Source: an uncultured virus (IMG/VR IMGVR_UViG_3300008964_000003)
Taxonomy: Duplodnaviria > Heunggongvirae > Uroviricota > Caudoviricetes
DNA: 64,000 nt
IMG/VR virus record: IMGVR_UViG_3300008964_000003
Reading direction: 5' to 3' (one strand)
The notes under the pieces were generated by a model, which had not been told where the DNA came from, made no database searches, and saw only the letters and a program-made list of their open reading frames with translations. Both the position numbers and the translations under genes were made by a program. Of the stretch, positions 1 through 8,930 are shown one piece after another. How positions within the stretch are numbered: the stretch's first letter is position 1; every line of letters begins with the position of its first letter.

Positions 1-867
1 AAAAAGGTAGTTTATAGCGTATTCATTGATATTCCAGAAGATAAGTTAGATAATCCTGGCTGGTTTGAAAATGACGTTCAAGTAAAAACTGATAAGAGTC
101 TTCAAACCAAAAATGCGCTTAAGGAAAACTATGACGGAATTGTAGCAAGACAGAAACAATACGCAGAATCGATTGGTGCCGATTATCATCTATATGAAAT
201 GGATGATTACTATAAGGATTTTGTTGCCACTTTTGAACAAGAATATCCAGAAGTTTCACACTATGATATAGTTAATTTCTATAAGCATTGGACCATGGCA
301 GATATGGCAGTATTATATGATGCAGTATGTTATATTGACTTTGACGTAATCCCAAACACAACAGACGATATTTTTGAAGCGCATGATTTGACTAAGTTTG
401 GTTGTGCCCATTCCAATAAACTAGCAGAATGGGGTAAGTCCGTATCTCCTAAAGATTATAACACTTGCATTCGTAACCCATCTACAAAATATTGGAATAC
501 CCACGCAATGTTGCTTGAGGATGGTCTAGATCCAGATAATGATGTATTTAATACCGGAATTATGGTAGCTGGATCGGATGTTATTAAGAAGTTGGGTTAC
601 TTTAGAAATATCAGAGCCAATCTAGATTTTATGACCGAGCTTAAAGAAGATCCAGTTTCAATGTATCCTCACAACATTCAACGTGTATTTGGATATGATA
701 ATGAAACTCTGTTTTCATATTTGGTTCATTCAAAGTCTATCGATATTCAATATCTCAACGGCCCTTGGCATTACATTATTGATGAAAAATTCGATAGTAT
801 GAAGCGAGCGGATCCTAGTGCTAAGATGTATCACTTCATTAATAAGAAAATGGAATGGGTTCTGTGA
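1..867 (+). CDS. Glycosyltransferase-like protein (GT-A fold), 5'-truncated by window
   Basis: Frame 1 is open from base 1 (KKVVYSVFID...); DxD motif YIDFDV, VFNTGIM, YDNETLFSY and a C-terminal HFINK resemble GT8-like enzymes. Confidence 0.6.
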   Translation, partial: KKVVYSVFIDIPEDKLDNPGWFENDVQVKTDKSLQTKNALKENYDGIVARQKQYAESIGADYHLYEMDDYYKDFVATFEQEYPEVSHYDIVNFYKHWTMADMAVLYDAVCYIDFDVIPNTTDDIFEAHDLTKFGCAHSNKLAEWGKSVSPKDYNTCIRNPSTKYWNTHAMLLEDGLDPDNDVFNTGIMVAGSDVIKKLGYFRNIRANLDFMTELKEDPVSMYPHNIQRVFGYDNETLFSYLVHSKSIDIQYLNGPWHYIIDEKFDSMKRADPSAKMYHFINKKMEWVL

Positions 868-1535
868 AGATATTCTGCGTAAGAATAGGAAACAAATATG
901 GACCTGAGTACGAAGATTATATTAACTCAAAGCTAAGCAAGCATGAGGTAACCTGGATTCGTGAGCCTTTTCACCCGCACGTTCCTTTGCAGTGGAATAA
1001 GCTTCAAGTGTTTAATATGGATATCTATGAACCCGTAATTGTTATGGACATCGATAAACTGCTTATTAACGACTATGAGGACGTAATCAACTATCCATGC
1101 GAGAAGAATGAATTTGTTTCTATTCCATACTGGTGGAATTTTAATGGCACCCCATTTAAGATGAGTGGTGGATTCTATAAGTTTTGGCCTTCAAGAACAA
1201 AACACATTTATCAAAAGTTTATGAGTGATATATCTTATTATACAAACTACTATATCAAAGCTGGATTAACAAATGGTCCAGTGAATGGCGAGTTTATGTT
1301 CGTTCAAGACAGTCTATATGGAATGGATCTAAAACTCATGCCCGATGCTTGGTTTACCCGCTGGCTAAGTTCAGATGATAAAGAAATGTGCGCTAAACTA
1401 ACTGATAGATATTATGAGGTTACTGGTAATGAATACATCTATAATGGACAGTTTCATCCTGACTTAAAGATTGTTCACTTTACAAATAGTATGAACAAGC
1501 CGCATGAATGGAAAGATTATGACAGATTTATCTGA
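855..1535 (+). CDS. Glycosyltransferase-like protein
   Basis: N-terminal CVRIGNKYGPEY, WNKLQVF, DxD (MDID), C-terminal IVHFT; pattern of phage GT-A proteins. Confidence 0.55.
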   Translation: MGSVKIFCVRIGNKYGPEYEDYINSKLSKHEVTWIREPFHPHVPLQWNKLQVFNMDIYEPVIVMDIDKLLINDYEDVINYPCEKNEFVSIPYWWNFNGTPFKMSGGFYKFWPSRTKHIYQKFMSDISYYTNYYIKAGLTNGPVNGEFMFVQDSLYGMDLKLMPDAWFTRWLSSDDKEMCAKLTDRYYEVTGNEYIYNGQFHPDLKIVHFTNSMNKPHEWKDYDRFI

Positions 1536-1929
1536 TAATAAATTGGGCATAAAATGCCAATGGATGGAAATTAAACGCGCATTAATAAATCATGAAGGTC
1601 AAGTTTTTCCATGCTGTTACTTTGCTAATATAGAATATACCATATCAATTTTGGGAGATGATCCGAATGTATGGGATATTGAGCACTACGGCATTTGGCG
1701 GAAGGGTGACTATGTTGCTAAAAAAAATTATAAAACTTCTCTGCATGAATATATGGAAACTAAAGAAGACCATAATGTTTTTAACCATACGTTAGAAGAA
1801 ATATTAAACAATGAATGGTTTACTAAAACCCTTCCAGAGTCTTGGAATGATGAAGATAAATGCCACAGATTATGCAAAAAGTTCTGTTCAGTAAAATCTG
1901 ATCATAGAGTTGGTTTAAAAAATGAGTAG
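1522..1929 (+). CDS. Stand-alone SPASM/twitch-like Fe-S domain protein
   Basis: C...INHEGQVFPCC...CxxxC at C-terminus; paralog of 3476-3871; start uncertain (1504 or 1522). Confidence 0.7.
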   Translation, partial: TDLSDNKLGIKCQWMEIKRALINHEGQVFPCCYFANIEYTISILGDDPNVWDIEHYGIWRKGDYVAKKNYKTSLHEYMETKEDHNVFNHTLEEILNNEWFTKTLPESWNDEDKCHRLCKKFCSVKSDHRVGLKNE

Positions 1930-2704
1930 CGGCATTTCAAATTTTAATAAACATTATAGCAATAAAGAATCAGTGATATTTTTTGAACTGACAACCCACT
2001 GTAATGCGGGATGCCCACAATGCCATAGAACGAATAGAGATGGTTTGGGAAAGGCAGAATGGATCCCATTAAAACAGTGGACATTAGATAAATTTAAAAA
2101 AGCATTTCCGCCAGAAACGTTAGATAATATTAAATGCATGGAGTTTTGTGGAACGTGGGGTGATCCCATGATGTGCAAAGACGTATTTGAAATTACTGAA
2201 TATATTTTAAATGAATCAAATGCAAATGTATTGTTCAATACCAATGGTAGCATTAGAAATCCAGATTGGTGGTGGAAATTTGGTTTATTAGGCAAAGATC
2301 GTATGACCGTTGTTTGGGCTATCGATGGTTCTACTCAAGAAATGCATAACAAATATAGACAAAACACAAATTTAAGCTTAATTATGGAAAATATGCAATC
2401 ATTCACTGCAGCTGGCGGCATAAGTGTAACATTTACCATCGTGTTTAAACATAATCAAGCGCATTTATATGATATAGCAACTCTAGCAAAAAATAATGGC
2501 GCAGTGTCAGCAACATTTGTGCAATCAAATCGATTCCGGGAGGGAGAGCCCCAATATCATTTTATAGATAGTAAAGGTGAAAGTGATTATTTAGAACAAT
2601 CTTCGCTGAAAAATGACAGGGATTTTTATTGGCAAAATTTTAATTTAAATAATGAAGATGACATTAAAAAAATAAAACAAGAATCTAAAGATGGTATATC
2701 ATGA
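1922..2704 (+). CDS. Radical SAM protein (no fused SPASM)
   Basis: CxxxCxxC (CNAGCPQC), GTWGDP, NTNGS, AIDG. Confidence 0.9.
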   Translation: MSSGISNFNKHYSNKESVIFFELTTHCNAGCPQCHRTNRDGLGKAEWIPLKQWTLDKFKKAFPPETLDNIKCMEFCGTWGDPMMCKDVFEITEYILNESNANVLFNTNGSIRNPDWWWKFGLLGKDRMTVVWAIDGSTQEMHNKYRQNTNLSLIMENMQSFTAAGGISVTFTIVFKHNQAHLYDIATLAKNNGAVSATFVQSNRFREGEPQYHFIDSKGESDYLEQSSLKNDRDFYWQNFNLNNEDDIKKIKQESKDGIS

Positions 2705-3492
2705 GACTCATATCAGATGAACAATTTTATAACTATGATGAGTTATATAATAAAAATGAGTTAAGTCTGTGGCTCGACATTTCTACACACTGTAATGCTA
2801 AATGTCCTCAATGCCATAGAACGGATGCTAATGGCTTACAAAAAGTCGATTGGTTACCTGTTATTCAATGGTCAACTGAAGAGTTTAAAAAAGCGTTTAC
2901 TCCTAAAAACTTAAGCCATATCGACAGGATTGATATTTGTGGTACATGGGGAGATCCCATGATGAATAAAGATATATTTGAAATTGTAAAATATATCATG
3001 AATAATTCTAAATGTAAAATATTAATTAATACCAATGGTAGTATTAGGAATGCTGATTGGTGGTGGAAATTTGGTTTATTAGGCAGAGAAAGAATCACCG
3101 TTATGTGGGCAATTGATGGTGTTACACAGGATCAGCATTCACTATATCGACAGGATACTAACTTACAGACAGTTCTAGATAATATGGAAACATTTACTGC
3201 TGCCGGAGGTATATCTCAAGTGTTTACCGTTGTGTTTAAACACAATGAAAAAGATATCTACAATCTAGCTTCATTGGTAAAAGAAAAAGGAGCGCAGGAT
3301 ATTTTTTACGTGCCTTCAAATAGATTTAAGAGAGATTCTAATAAATTTGAATTTATCGATAAAGTGGGTGAACTTAAATTTTTAGAAAAATCTTCTTTAG
3401 ATGAAACTAATTCCCCTGGACTTTTTTGGAAAACATTATTCCTTGAAGAAGAGGATAAAATGGAAGTGATACTCAATGCAACACCAAAATAA
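2701..3492 (+). CDS. Radical SAM protein, paralog of 1922-2704
   Basis: CNAKCPQC, GTWGDP, NTNGSIRN.DWWWKFGLLG shared with the preceding ORF. Confidence 0.9.
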   Translation: MRLISDEQFYNYDELYNKNELSLWLDISTHCNAKCPQCHRTDANGLQKVDWLPVIQWSTEEFKKAFTPKNLSHIDRIDICGTWGDPMMNKDIFEIVKYIMNNSKCKILINTNGSIRNADWWWKFGLLGRERITVMWAIDGVTQDQHSLYRQDTNLQTVLDNMETFTAAGGISQVFTVVFKHNEKDIYNLASLVKEKGAQDIFYVPSNRFKRDSNKFEFIDKVGELKFLEKSSLDETNSPGLFWKTLFLEEEDKMEVILNATPK

Positions 3493-3871
3493 ATGTAATA
3501 TTAAATGTGAATGGATGCAGACAAAAAGGGTATTAGTAAATCCTGATGGACAAGTTTTGCCGTGTTGTTTTTTTGCTAATGTTATTTACATGTATGATAG
3601 AATGGGCGCACCGGAAGAATGGACTCCAAAGGCTGAATATGGTATTTCAGATCAATTAATGGATGTTCCAAGAGTCGCACACGAAACTAGCCAAGAAACA
3701 ATTCTTATGGATTATTATAAAAATCGTGAAGAGTATAACATATTCGATAATGACCTAGAAGATATTTTGAACAGTGATTGGTTTAAAAAAACATTACCTG
3801 AATCATGGGAAGATGAAAGTAAACTAGCCAGACAGTGCAAAACATATTGCCAAGTAAAAGATGAAGAGTAA
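3476..3871 (+). CDS. Stand-alone SPASM/twitch-like Fe-S domain protein
   Basis: IKCEW...VNPDGQVLPCC...WFKKTLPESW...QCKTYC; paralog of 1522-1929. Confidence 0.7.
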   Translation: MQHQNKCNIKCEWMQTKRVLVNPDGQVLPCCFFANVIYMYDRMGAPEEWTPKAEYGISDQLMDVPRVAHETSQETILMDYYKNREEYNIFDNDLEDILNSDWFKKTLPESWEDESKLARQCKTYCQVKDEE

Positions 3872-5024
3872 CTTTTGTATTATACCGTGGATCTCAATCA
3901 CATCAGATAATGCTGGATTAGTAAGACCGTGTTGTAAGTTTGCTGAAAAAGATGTTCAAGGAGAATATCAAACACCTAGCCTTAAAGATTATTCGTATGA
4001 GGACATATGGAATGGTCCAGAAATGCAGGCAATTAGGCAAGCATTTTTAGATGATAAAAAGATTCCAGAGTGTTCCTCGTGCTGGAAAGAAGAAGCGGCT
4101 GGATTGACCAGCTATAGAAACCAATATAACTACACCTTTCTTCGACAAATTGATCCAAAAGACTATTCTACAACCTATGCTGAACCACCTAGAGTTGTAG
4201 ATTTAAAACTTAGTAATGTGTGTAATTTTAAATGCCGTATGTGTGATTTTTCATACAGCAGTCTCATACTAAAAGAAGATAAAGCATTTAGAGGTTATGA
4301 TATACCAGATGAATCATATTACCTTTCTAATAAAATATTAAATACTGAAAATGAAGATTACTTCTTTGAAAAAATAGTTCCGAATCTTATTCAGATCGAG
4401 TTTACTGGTGGCGAACCATTTGTAAGTCCCGAAGCTAGGAAGCTAATTGATATATTATCACAATCAGAATATGCTAAAAATATTGCAATCAATATAACAA
4501 CAAATGGTAGTAAAGTAAATACATCAATCTTAAGCCAACTAGAGAAATTTAAATTTGTTAGAATCGGATTAAGTGTTGACGATATTGGCTCTAGAGCGGA
4601 ATACCAAAGGAAAGGTACTGTTTGGGAAACTGTAAGTCATAATTGCAAACTCTTTAATGATAACCAAAAGTTTTATGTAAATCTACATCCAACAGTAAAC
4701 AACTATAGCATATGGAACTTTGATAAAACTTTGGAATGGGCAAAAGAAAACAACATAAGGGTTGTTACAAATATTTTACATGGGCCTGAACGATTGTGCA
4801 TAAAAAATCTTAGTGCGTATAGTAAGTCTAAGGTTTATGAGAAACATAAAGATAATAAATCTATGGTTAACATTCTTTCATATATGATGCAAGATGGCGA
4901 GGATCTTACTGAAGATTTTATTCAAGAAACCACATTGGTAGATAGTATTAGAAATGAAAGCTTTAAGGAAGTTTTTCCTGATTGGAGTGAGATAATTTAT
5001 GGCTCTTTGCAAAGCCCCAGTTAA
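3861..5024 (+). CDS. Radical SAM protein with N-terminal twitch/SPASM-like domain
   Basis: FCIIPW...GLVRPCC...CSSCW, then CNFKCRMC, GGEPF, TTNGS. Confidence 0.9.
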   Translation: MKSNFCIIPWISITSDNAGLVRPCCKFAEKDVQGEYQTPSLKDYSYEDIWNGPEMQAIRQAFLDDKKIPECSSCWKEEAAGLTSYRNQYNYTFLRQIDPKDYSTTYAEPPRVVDLKLSNVCNFKCRMCDFSYSSLILKEDKAFRGYDIPDESYYLSNKILNTENEDYFFEKIVPNLIQIEFTGGEPFVSPEARKLIDILSQSEYAKNIAINITTNGSKVNTSILSQLEKFKFVRIGLSVDDIGSRAEYQRKGTVWETVSHNCKLFNDNQKFYVNLHPTVNNYSIWNFDKTLEWAKENNIRVVTNILHGPERLCIKNLSAYSKSKVYEKHKDNKSMVNILSYMMQDGEDLTEDFIQETTLVDSIRNESFKEVFPDWSEIIYGSLQSPS

Positions 5025-6000
5025 CAATATGTACTTTACTGTCCATGGAACGGTAGCGCCGTGCTGGTTAACGGTGGGAGCTATTGATCGTTGGAGCCCT
5101 ACTCATTCTATAAGCGATATTTGGTTTGGTGAAAAATACCAACAGATTAGAGACAATATTGCTAACGATATTTTTAAAGGTAAATGTGCTGAGTGTAAAA
5201 AAGATATTGATAATGGTGTTTGGCCATTAGCTAAAGCATACGACCAATTTACAGTAAAAAAATATCCAAGCCTGATGGAACTTGAGTTAAGTAATCAATG
5301 TAATCTCGAATGTGTAATGTGTTCTGGAACTTTAAGTTCTGGTATTCGCAAGAACCGTGATAAGCTTCCGCCTCTTCCACAAATTTATACAGATGAATTT
5401 AGACAACAGCTTAGGGAGTTTATTCCTCATCTCGAAGAGCTACGATTTAATGGTGGTGAACCATTTGCACAAAAGATTGTTCTTGATATTTGTGAAGACG
5501 TTGCAGAACTAAATCCTGGTCTAAAAGTAAACATTGCTACAAATGGTACAGTGTACAATAAGCGTGTTCAAAAAATTATGGATATGTGCAACATTCATAT
5601 TAATATTTCTATCGACAGTCTCTTACACGACCGCTATAGCGAAATCAGAATTAATGGTGACCTGTCAGTCCTTATGAAGAACTTTGAAATCTTTAATAAA
5701 TATTGTAAAGATGGAAATCGAGACTTGTCTATCATGGTTAACCCAATGAGACAAAATTGGGATGAAATGGTAGAATTTGTTAAATGGACCGATAAACATC
5801 ATGTGAAGTTGTGGTATAATACTATTCGTTATCCTGCCGATTGCGCTATATGGAATTTGCCGTCGGAAAAGTTAAAGGAGATTCATACTAGTCTTCAGGC
5901 AGAACTTGATAGCATTCCGATGACAACCTATAATTATGATAAAGCTGATCATTTGATCAATAGACAGATAGCCAATTGGTTATTAGAAAGTTATGAGTAG
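4999..6000 (+). CDS. Radical SAM protein with N-terminal twitch/SPASM-like domain
   Basis: LCKAP...GTVAPC...CAEC, then CNLECVMC, GGEPF, ATNGT, SIDS. Confidence 0.9.
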   Translation: MALCKAPVNNMYFTVHGTVAPCWLTVGAIDRWSPTHSISDIWFGEKYQQIRDNIANDIFKGKCAECKKDIDNGVWPLAKAYDQFTVKKYPSLMELELSNQCNLECVMCSGTLSSGIRKNRDKLPPLPQIYTDEFRQQLREFIPHLEELRFNGGEPFAQKIVLDICEDVAELNPGLKVNIATNGTVYNKRVQKIMDMCNIHINISIDSLLHDRYSEIRINGDLSVLMKNFEIFNKYCKDGNRDLSIMVNPMRQNWDEMVEFVKWTDKHHVKLWYNTIRYPADCAIWNLPSEKLKEIHTSLQAELDSIPMTTYNYDKADHLINRQIANWLLESYE

Positions 6001-6042
6001 TATACCTCTCCTCCCCCAGAAGTGATACTTCTATTATACACA
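5998..6042. repeat. 45-bp dispersed repeat, copy 1 (copy 2 at 29499-29543)
   Basis: tagtatacYtctcctcccccagaagtNNtacttctattatacaca; 42/45 identical by manual alignment. Confidence 0.9.
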
Positions 6043-6060
6043 GATTTTTAGGATTGTAAA
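6033..6060 (-). promoter_or_regulatory. Early/sigma70-like promoter, leftward
   Basis: Minus strand TTTACA-N16-TATAAT, the same motif found upstream of replication genes. Confidence 0.65.
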
Positions 6061-6066
6061 CAGAAA

Positions 6067-7155
6067 ATGTTATGTCATGCGCCATTTTTAGGAATTACCG
6101 TAGATCCATCTGGATTATTGACATTATGCTGTGCAACAAGTGATAGGGAATATTTTAAAACACATATAGATGATGTAGATGATTTACAAGAATTCTTTTT
6201 GGGTGACAAGTATACTCATGTCAGAAATATTATGAAATCCGAAGGTATAAAAAAACTTCCTCAGTGTTTGCACTGCTGGAAAGCTATAGATGGATATTGG
6301 ACAGAAATTAATAATTATAATGAGAAACAAATACATGATACGCTTCAAGTTTCATATCTAGAATTAACCACAAGCAACACATGTAATCAAACATGCGTCA
6401 CATGTTCCAGTTATTTTAGCTCTAAGTGGAGAAAGATAGAATCTAAATTTGACAGACAGATTCACTCATCATTTCAATTATCAGATTCGGCTATTGATAA
6501 AGTTATTAAAGTCTTACCTGGATTGAAATATCTTCAAATTAAAGGCGGGGAACCGTTTGCTGATAAAAATAATCTTAAAATTTTAAAAGCGCTATCTAAA
6601 GTAAATCCTAAATGCGAAGTTATTATAACAAGCAATTTTCAAAGAATATCCGATGAATGGTATGAAGTGTTAAAACTTCTTCCAAATATAAAGGCTGGCG
6701 CTAGTATTGATGGTATAGATAAAACTTATGACTGGATCCGAGGAGGGTCATTTGAAGATACTATACAAAACTTAGAGAATTTCTATAAAAAAACTGGAAA
6801 TAAAGTTGTTATAAATGTATGCGTTTCTTTGTATAACATATTTCTTTTATCTGATATATTAGATTATTTTAAAAATAAAGAATATGTTTCAGTCACAATA
6901 TTCAATAATATCTTAAACTACCCCAATGAACAATCAATACAATCTTTAGATCCTTTAACTTTGAAAAAAATAGCATTTTCTGAACTTCCTTTTTGGCATA
7001 ACGACTTTGAAAATATAAGAAAAGTAGAATCATTTCCAGAAGATATTAGATTAGGTCTGACAAATAAGTTTATATCACATACGGAAATAATGAATTCAAT
7101 TAGAGGTTTTAATATTTTCGATATTCAACCTAAATTAGCTAATATTTATAAATAA
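6067..7155 (+). CDS. Radical SAM protein with N-terminal twitch/SPASM-like domain
   Basis: LCHAPF...TLCC...CLHCW, then CNQTCVTC, GGEPF, SIDG. Confidence 0.9.
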   Translation: MLCHAPFLGITVDPSGLLTLCCATSDREYFKTHIDDVDDLQEFFLGDKYTHVRNIMKSEGIKKLPQCLHCWKAIDGYWTEINNYNEKQIHDTLQVSYLELTTSNTCNQTCVTCSSYFSSKWRKIESKFDRQIHSSFQLSDSAIDKVIKVLPGLKYLQIKGGEPFADKNNLKILKALSKVNPKCEVIITSNFQRISDEWYEVLKLLPNIKAGASIDGIDKTYDWIRGGSFEDTIQNLENFYKKTGNKVVINVCVSLYNIFLLSDILDYFKNKEYVSVTIFNNILNYPNEQSIQSLDPLTLKKIAFSELPFWHNDFENIRKVESFPEDIRLGLTNKFISHTEIMNSIRGFNIFDIQPKLANIYK

Positions 7156-7169
7156 AACTCCTATAAATA
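7147..7169 (+). promoter_or_regulatory. Two tandem T4-type late promoters
   Basis: TATAAATA at 7147-7154 and 7162-7169, upstream of structural genes; gp55 is encoded in this window. Confidence 0.8.
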
Positions 7170-7203
7170 AGACTAACACAAACTATTAACGGCGGATAAC
7201 ATT

Positions 7204-7539
7204 ATGGCAATCTATGCAAATCTTACAGTAGACCAAGGGTCTGAATTCGAAGCGTCTGTAGATGTTATAGATGGCGATGGTAATGCCGTTGACCTGTCGA
7301 CATTCACATACCACGGACAGATAAGAAAAACCTATAACTCCCTTACTGCAGTAGATTTTACTGTAGAATTGGATGTATCACAGCTATATACTTTAAATAT
7401 TTCTTTATCCGCAGCACAATCGAATGCGATGAAAGCTGGAAGATATGTTTACGATGTAGAAGTTGTCAGCCCATCCGGAACAGTTACTAGAGTTATTGAA
7501 GGCCAAGTTGAATTAACCCCAAGCGTGACTAGAATCTGA
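7204..7539 (+). CDS. Putative virion structural protein
   Basis: ANLTVDQGS...GRYVYDVEV...RVIEG pattern typical of marine T4-like phages; late promoter upstream. Confidence 0.65.
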   Translation: MAIYANLTVDQGSEFEASVDVIDGDGNAVDLSTFTYHGQIRKTYNSLTAVDFTVELDVSQLYTLNISLSAAQSNAMKAGRYVYDVEVVSPSGTVTRVIEGQVELTPSVTRI

Positions 7540-7540
7540 T

Positions 7541-8086
7541 ATGGCAAAGTTAACAGGCTCTCTTAGAACTAAAACATCTATACAGGCGAAGTCTGTTACT
7601 CTTGGTACAATTTCTGCCAATGACCTAAAGAATGCTGATCAGGCTTTCTCTATAAATCTGTCGGCTGATCAGGGAACAGATTTACTTAAACTTCTTACTA
7701 ATAATAACTTATCTATTCTTGGTGCTGATGGTATTAGCACAAGTATAGATGCTGATAATAACGCTTTAACAATAACTCTAGTTCCTGCCAGTACTACTGA
7801 GCTCGGGGGCGCACAATTCGATGCTACGTATTTTATAGTAGATAGTGACGGGATAGTATCAATAAAACCCGGTGGTATTCAAGCTGGTTTGCAGGATAAT
7901 GCAGAAGCTATATCTCCGGCTAATGGTGGTACAGGAATAGTATCATATACTAAGGGCGATATGATCTTTGCTTCGGACTCAGACGAAGTGATTGTATTAC
8001 CTATAGGCACTGCAGGTCAATCTTTAATGGTATCAGAAGACGGTATACCTTACTGGTCAAATGTTTATGACGGCGGCGAATTCTAA
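7541..8086 (+). CDS. Putative fibre/baseplate-associated protein
   Basis: NGGTG..SYTKGD, LPIGTAGQSL and terminal DGGEF motifs typical of phage fibre proteins. Confidence 0.55.
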   Translation: MAKLTGSLRTKTSIQAKSVTLGTISANDLKNADQAFSINLSADQGTDLLKLLTNNNLSILGADGISTSIDADNNALTITLVPASTTELGGAQFDATYFIVDSDGIVSIKPGGIQAGLQDNAEAISPANGGTGIVSYTKGDMIFASDSDEVIVLPIGTAGQSLMVSEDGIPYWSNVYDGGEF

Positions 8087-8114
8087 ATACGCCACTTTAT
8101 ATTAGATATATAAT

Positions 8115-8136
8115 CTATATTCTATATAGAATATAG
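8115..8136. repeat. Perfect 22-bp AT-rich palindrome
   Basis: ctatattctatatagaatatag is its own reverse complement. Confidence 0.85.
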
Positions 8137-8174
8137 TTTTGCAAATAATGAAGTATATACTTTAGGACTAAATC

Positions 8175-8663
8175 ATGTCAGAATTAATTATTAAACTAAA
8201 ACGTAGTAACGTTCCAGGGAAAATTCCCGACCCAGAAGTACTAGAAGTCGGGGAAGTAGCGCTTAATATGGCCGACTCCCTACTATATTTCAAGAGGCCA
8301 AGCGGGGAAGTTAAACCTTTAACTGCATCCAACGTTATACAACTAAACAACCAGACCGAATATGCACCTACGGATGACTATCATCCGGCTACTAAAGCCT
8401 ATGTGGACTTAAAAGTTCTACAAAGTTTAATTACTACAAAGACTATTGAAAGAACGGCAATACTTAATAATGAGATTACTCTACCTAGTTCTGCGGTGGG
8501 TGATATAATTTTTAATATGGCTCAGATTTATGATAGCATTCATACGAATGTTTTTTACGAAGTCACATGTACATTGTCTGAGGATAAAACTAAGGTTTTG
8601 TTTGACGCGGAAGATAACTTAGATTATAATTATTGTGTACTATCTTATATCACTTTAGCTTAG
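8175..8663 (+). CDS. Putative fibre-associated protein
   Basis: IKLKRS.VPGKIP...GEVALN N-terminus, HPATKAYVD motif; C-terminal domain resembles 8931 and 10722 ORFs. Confidence 0.6.
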   Translation: MSELIIKLKRSNVPGKIPDPEVLEVGEVALNMADSLLYFKRPSGEVKPLTASNVIQLNNQTEYAPTDDYHPATKAYVDLKVLQSLITTKTIERTAILNNEITLPSSAVGDIIFNMAQIYDSIHTNVFYEVTCTLSEDKTKVLFDAEDNLDYNYCVLSYITLA

Positions 8664-8676
8664 GTGGTATGATCTT

Positions 8677-8892
8677 ATGATTCTTTTAAGGGATCACTAC
8701 TTTATTGCATGGCTAAAAGTGGTGAAGAAATATAATATAATTAAAAAGAAAGACAAAATTTTTATTGACATAAATAAGACTGAATATGATGAAGCTTTGA
8801 ATGAATATAATAATAATATGAAGCCTATCATGAAAGAAATACGTTGTCTGGTTAAGGAATTAGCCATCAATTCCTCTAACTTGAGCAAATAG
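8677..8892 (+). CDS. Small hypothetical protein
   Basis: ORF with AGGTGG upstream, between fibre genes. Confidence 0.45.
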   Translation: MILLRDHYFIAWLKVVKKYNIIKKKDKIFIDINKTEYDEALNEYNNNMKPIMKEIRCLVKELAINSSNLSK

Positions 8893-8930
8893 CTCTTGCA
8901 GTTAATACAATATTCTTAGGAGAAGAATAA

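Noticed and set aside
5998..6042. Plus-strand cuckoo (CCUCCUCCC) sRNA
   Set aside because: The motif is imperfect (TCTCCTCCC), single per locus and not in a hairpin loop, and the promoter points the other way; kept only as a possible antisense target
1..7155. RiPP precursor peptide for the rSAM enzymes
   Set aside because: No short ORF with leader/core features was found within or just after the cluster; one could lie upstream of the window
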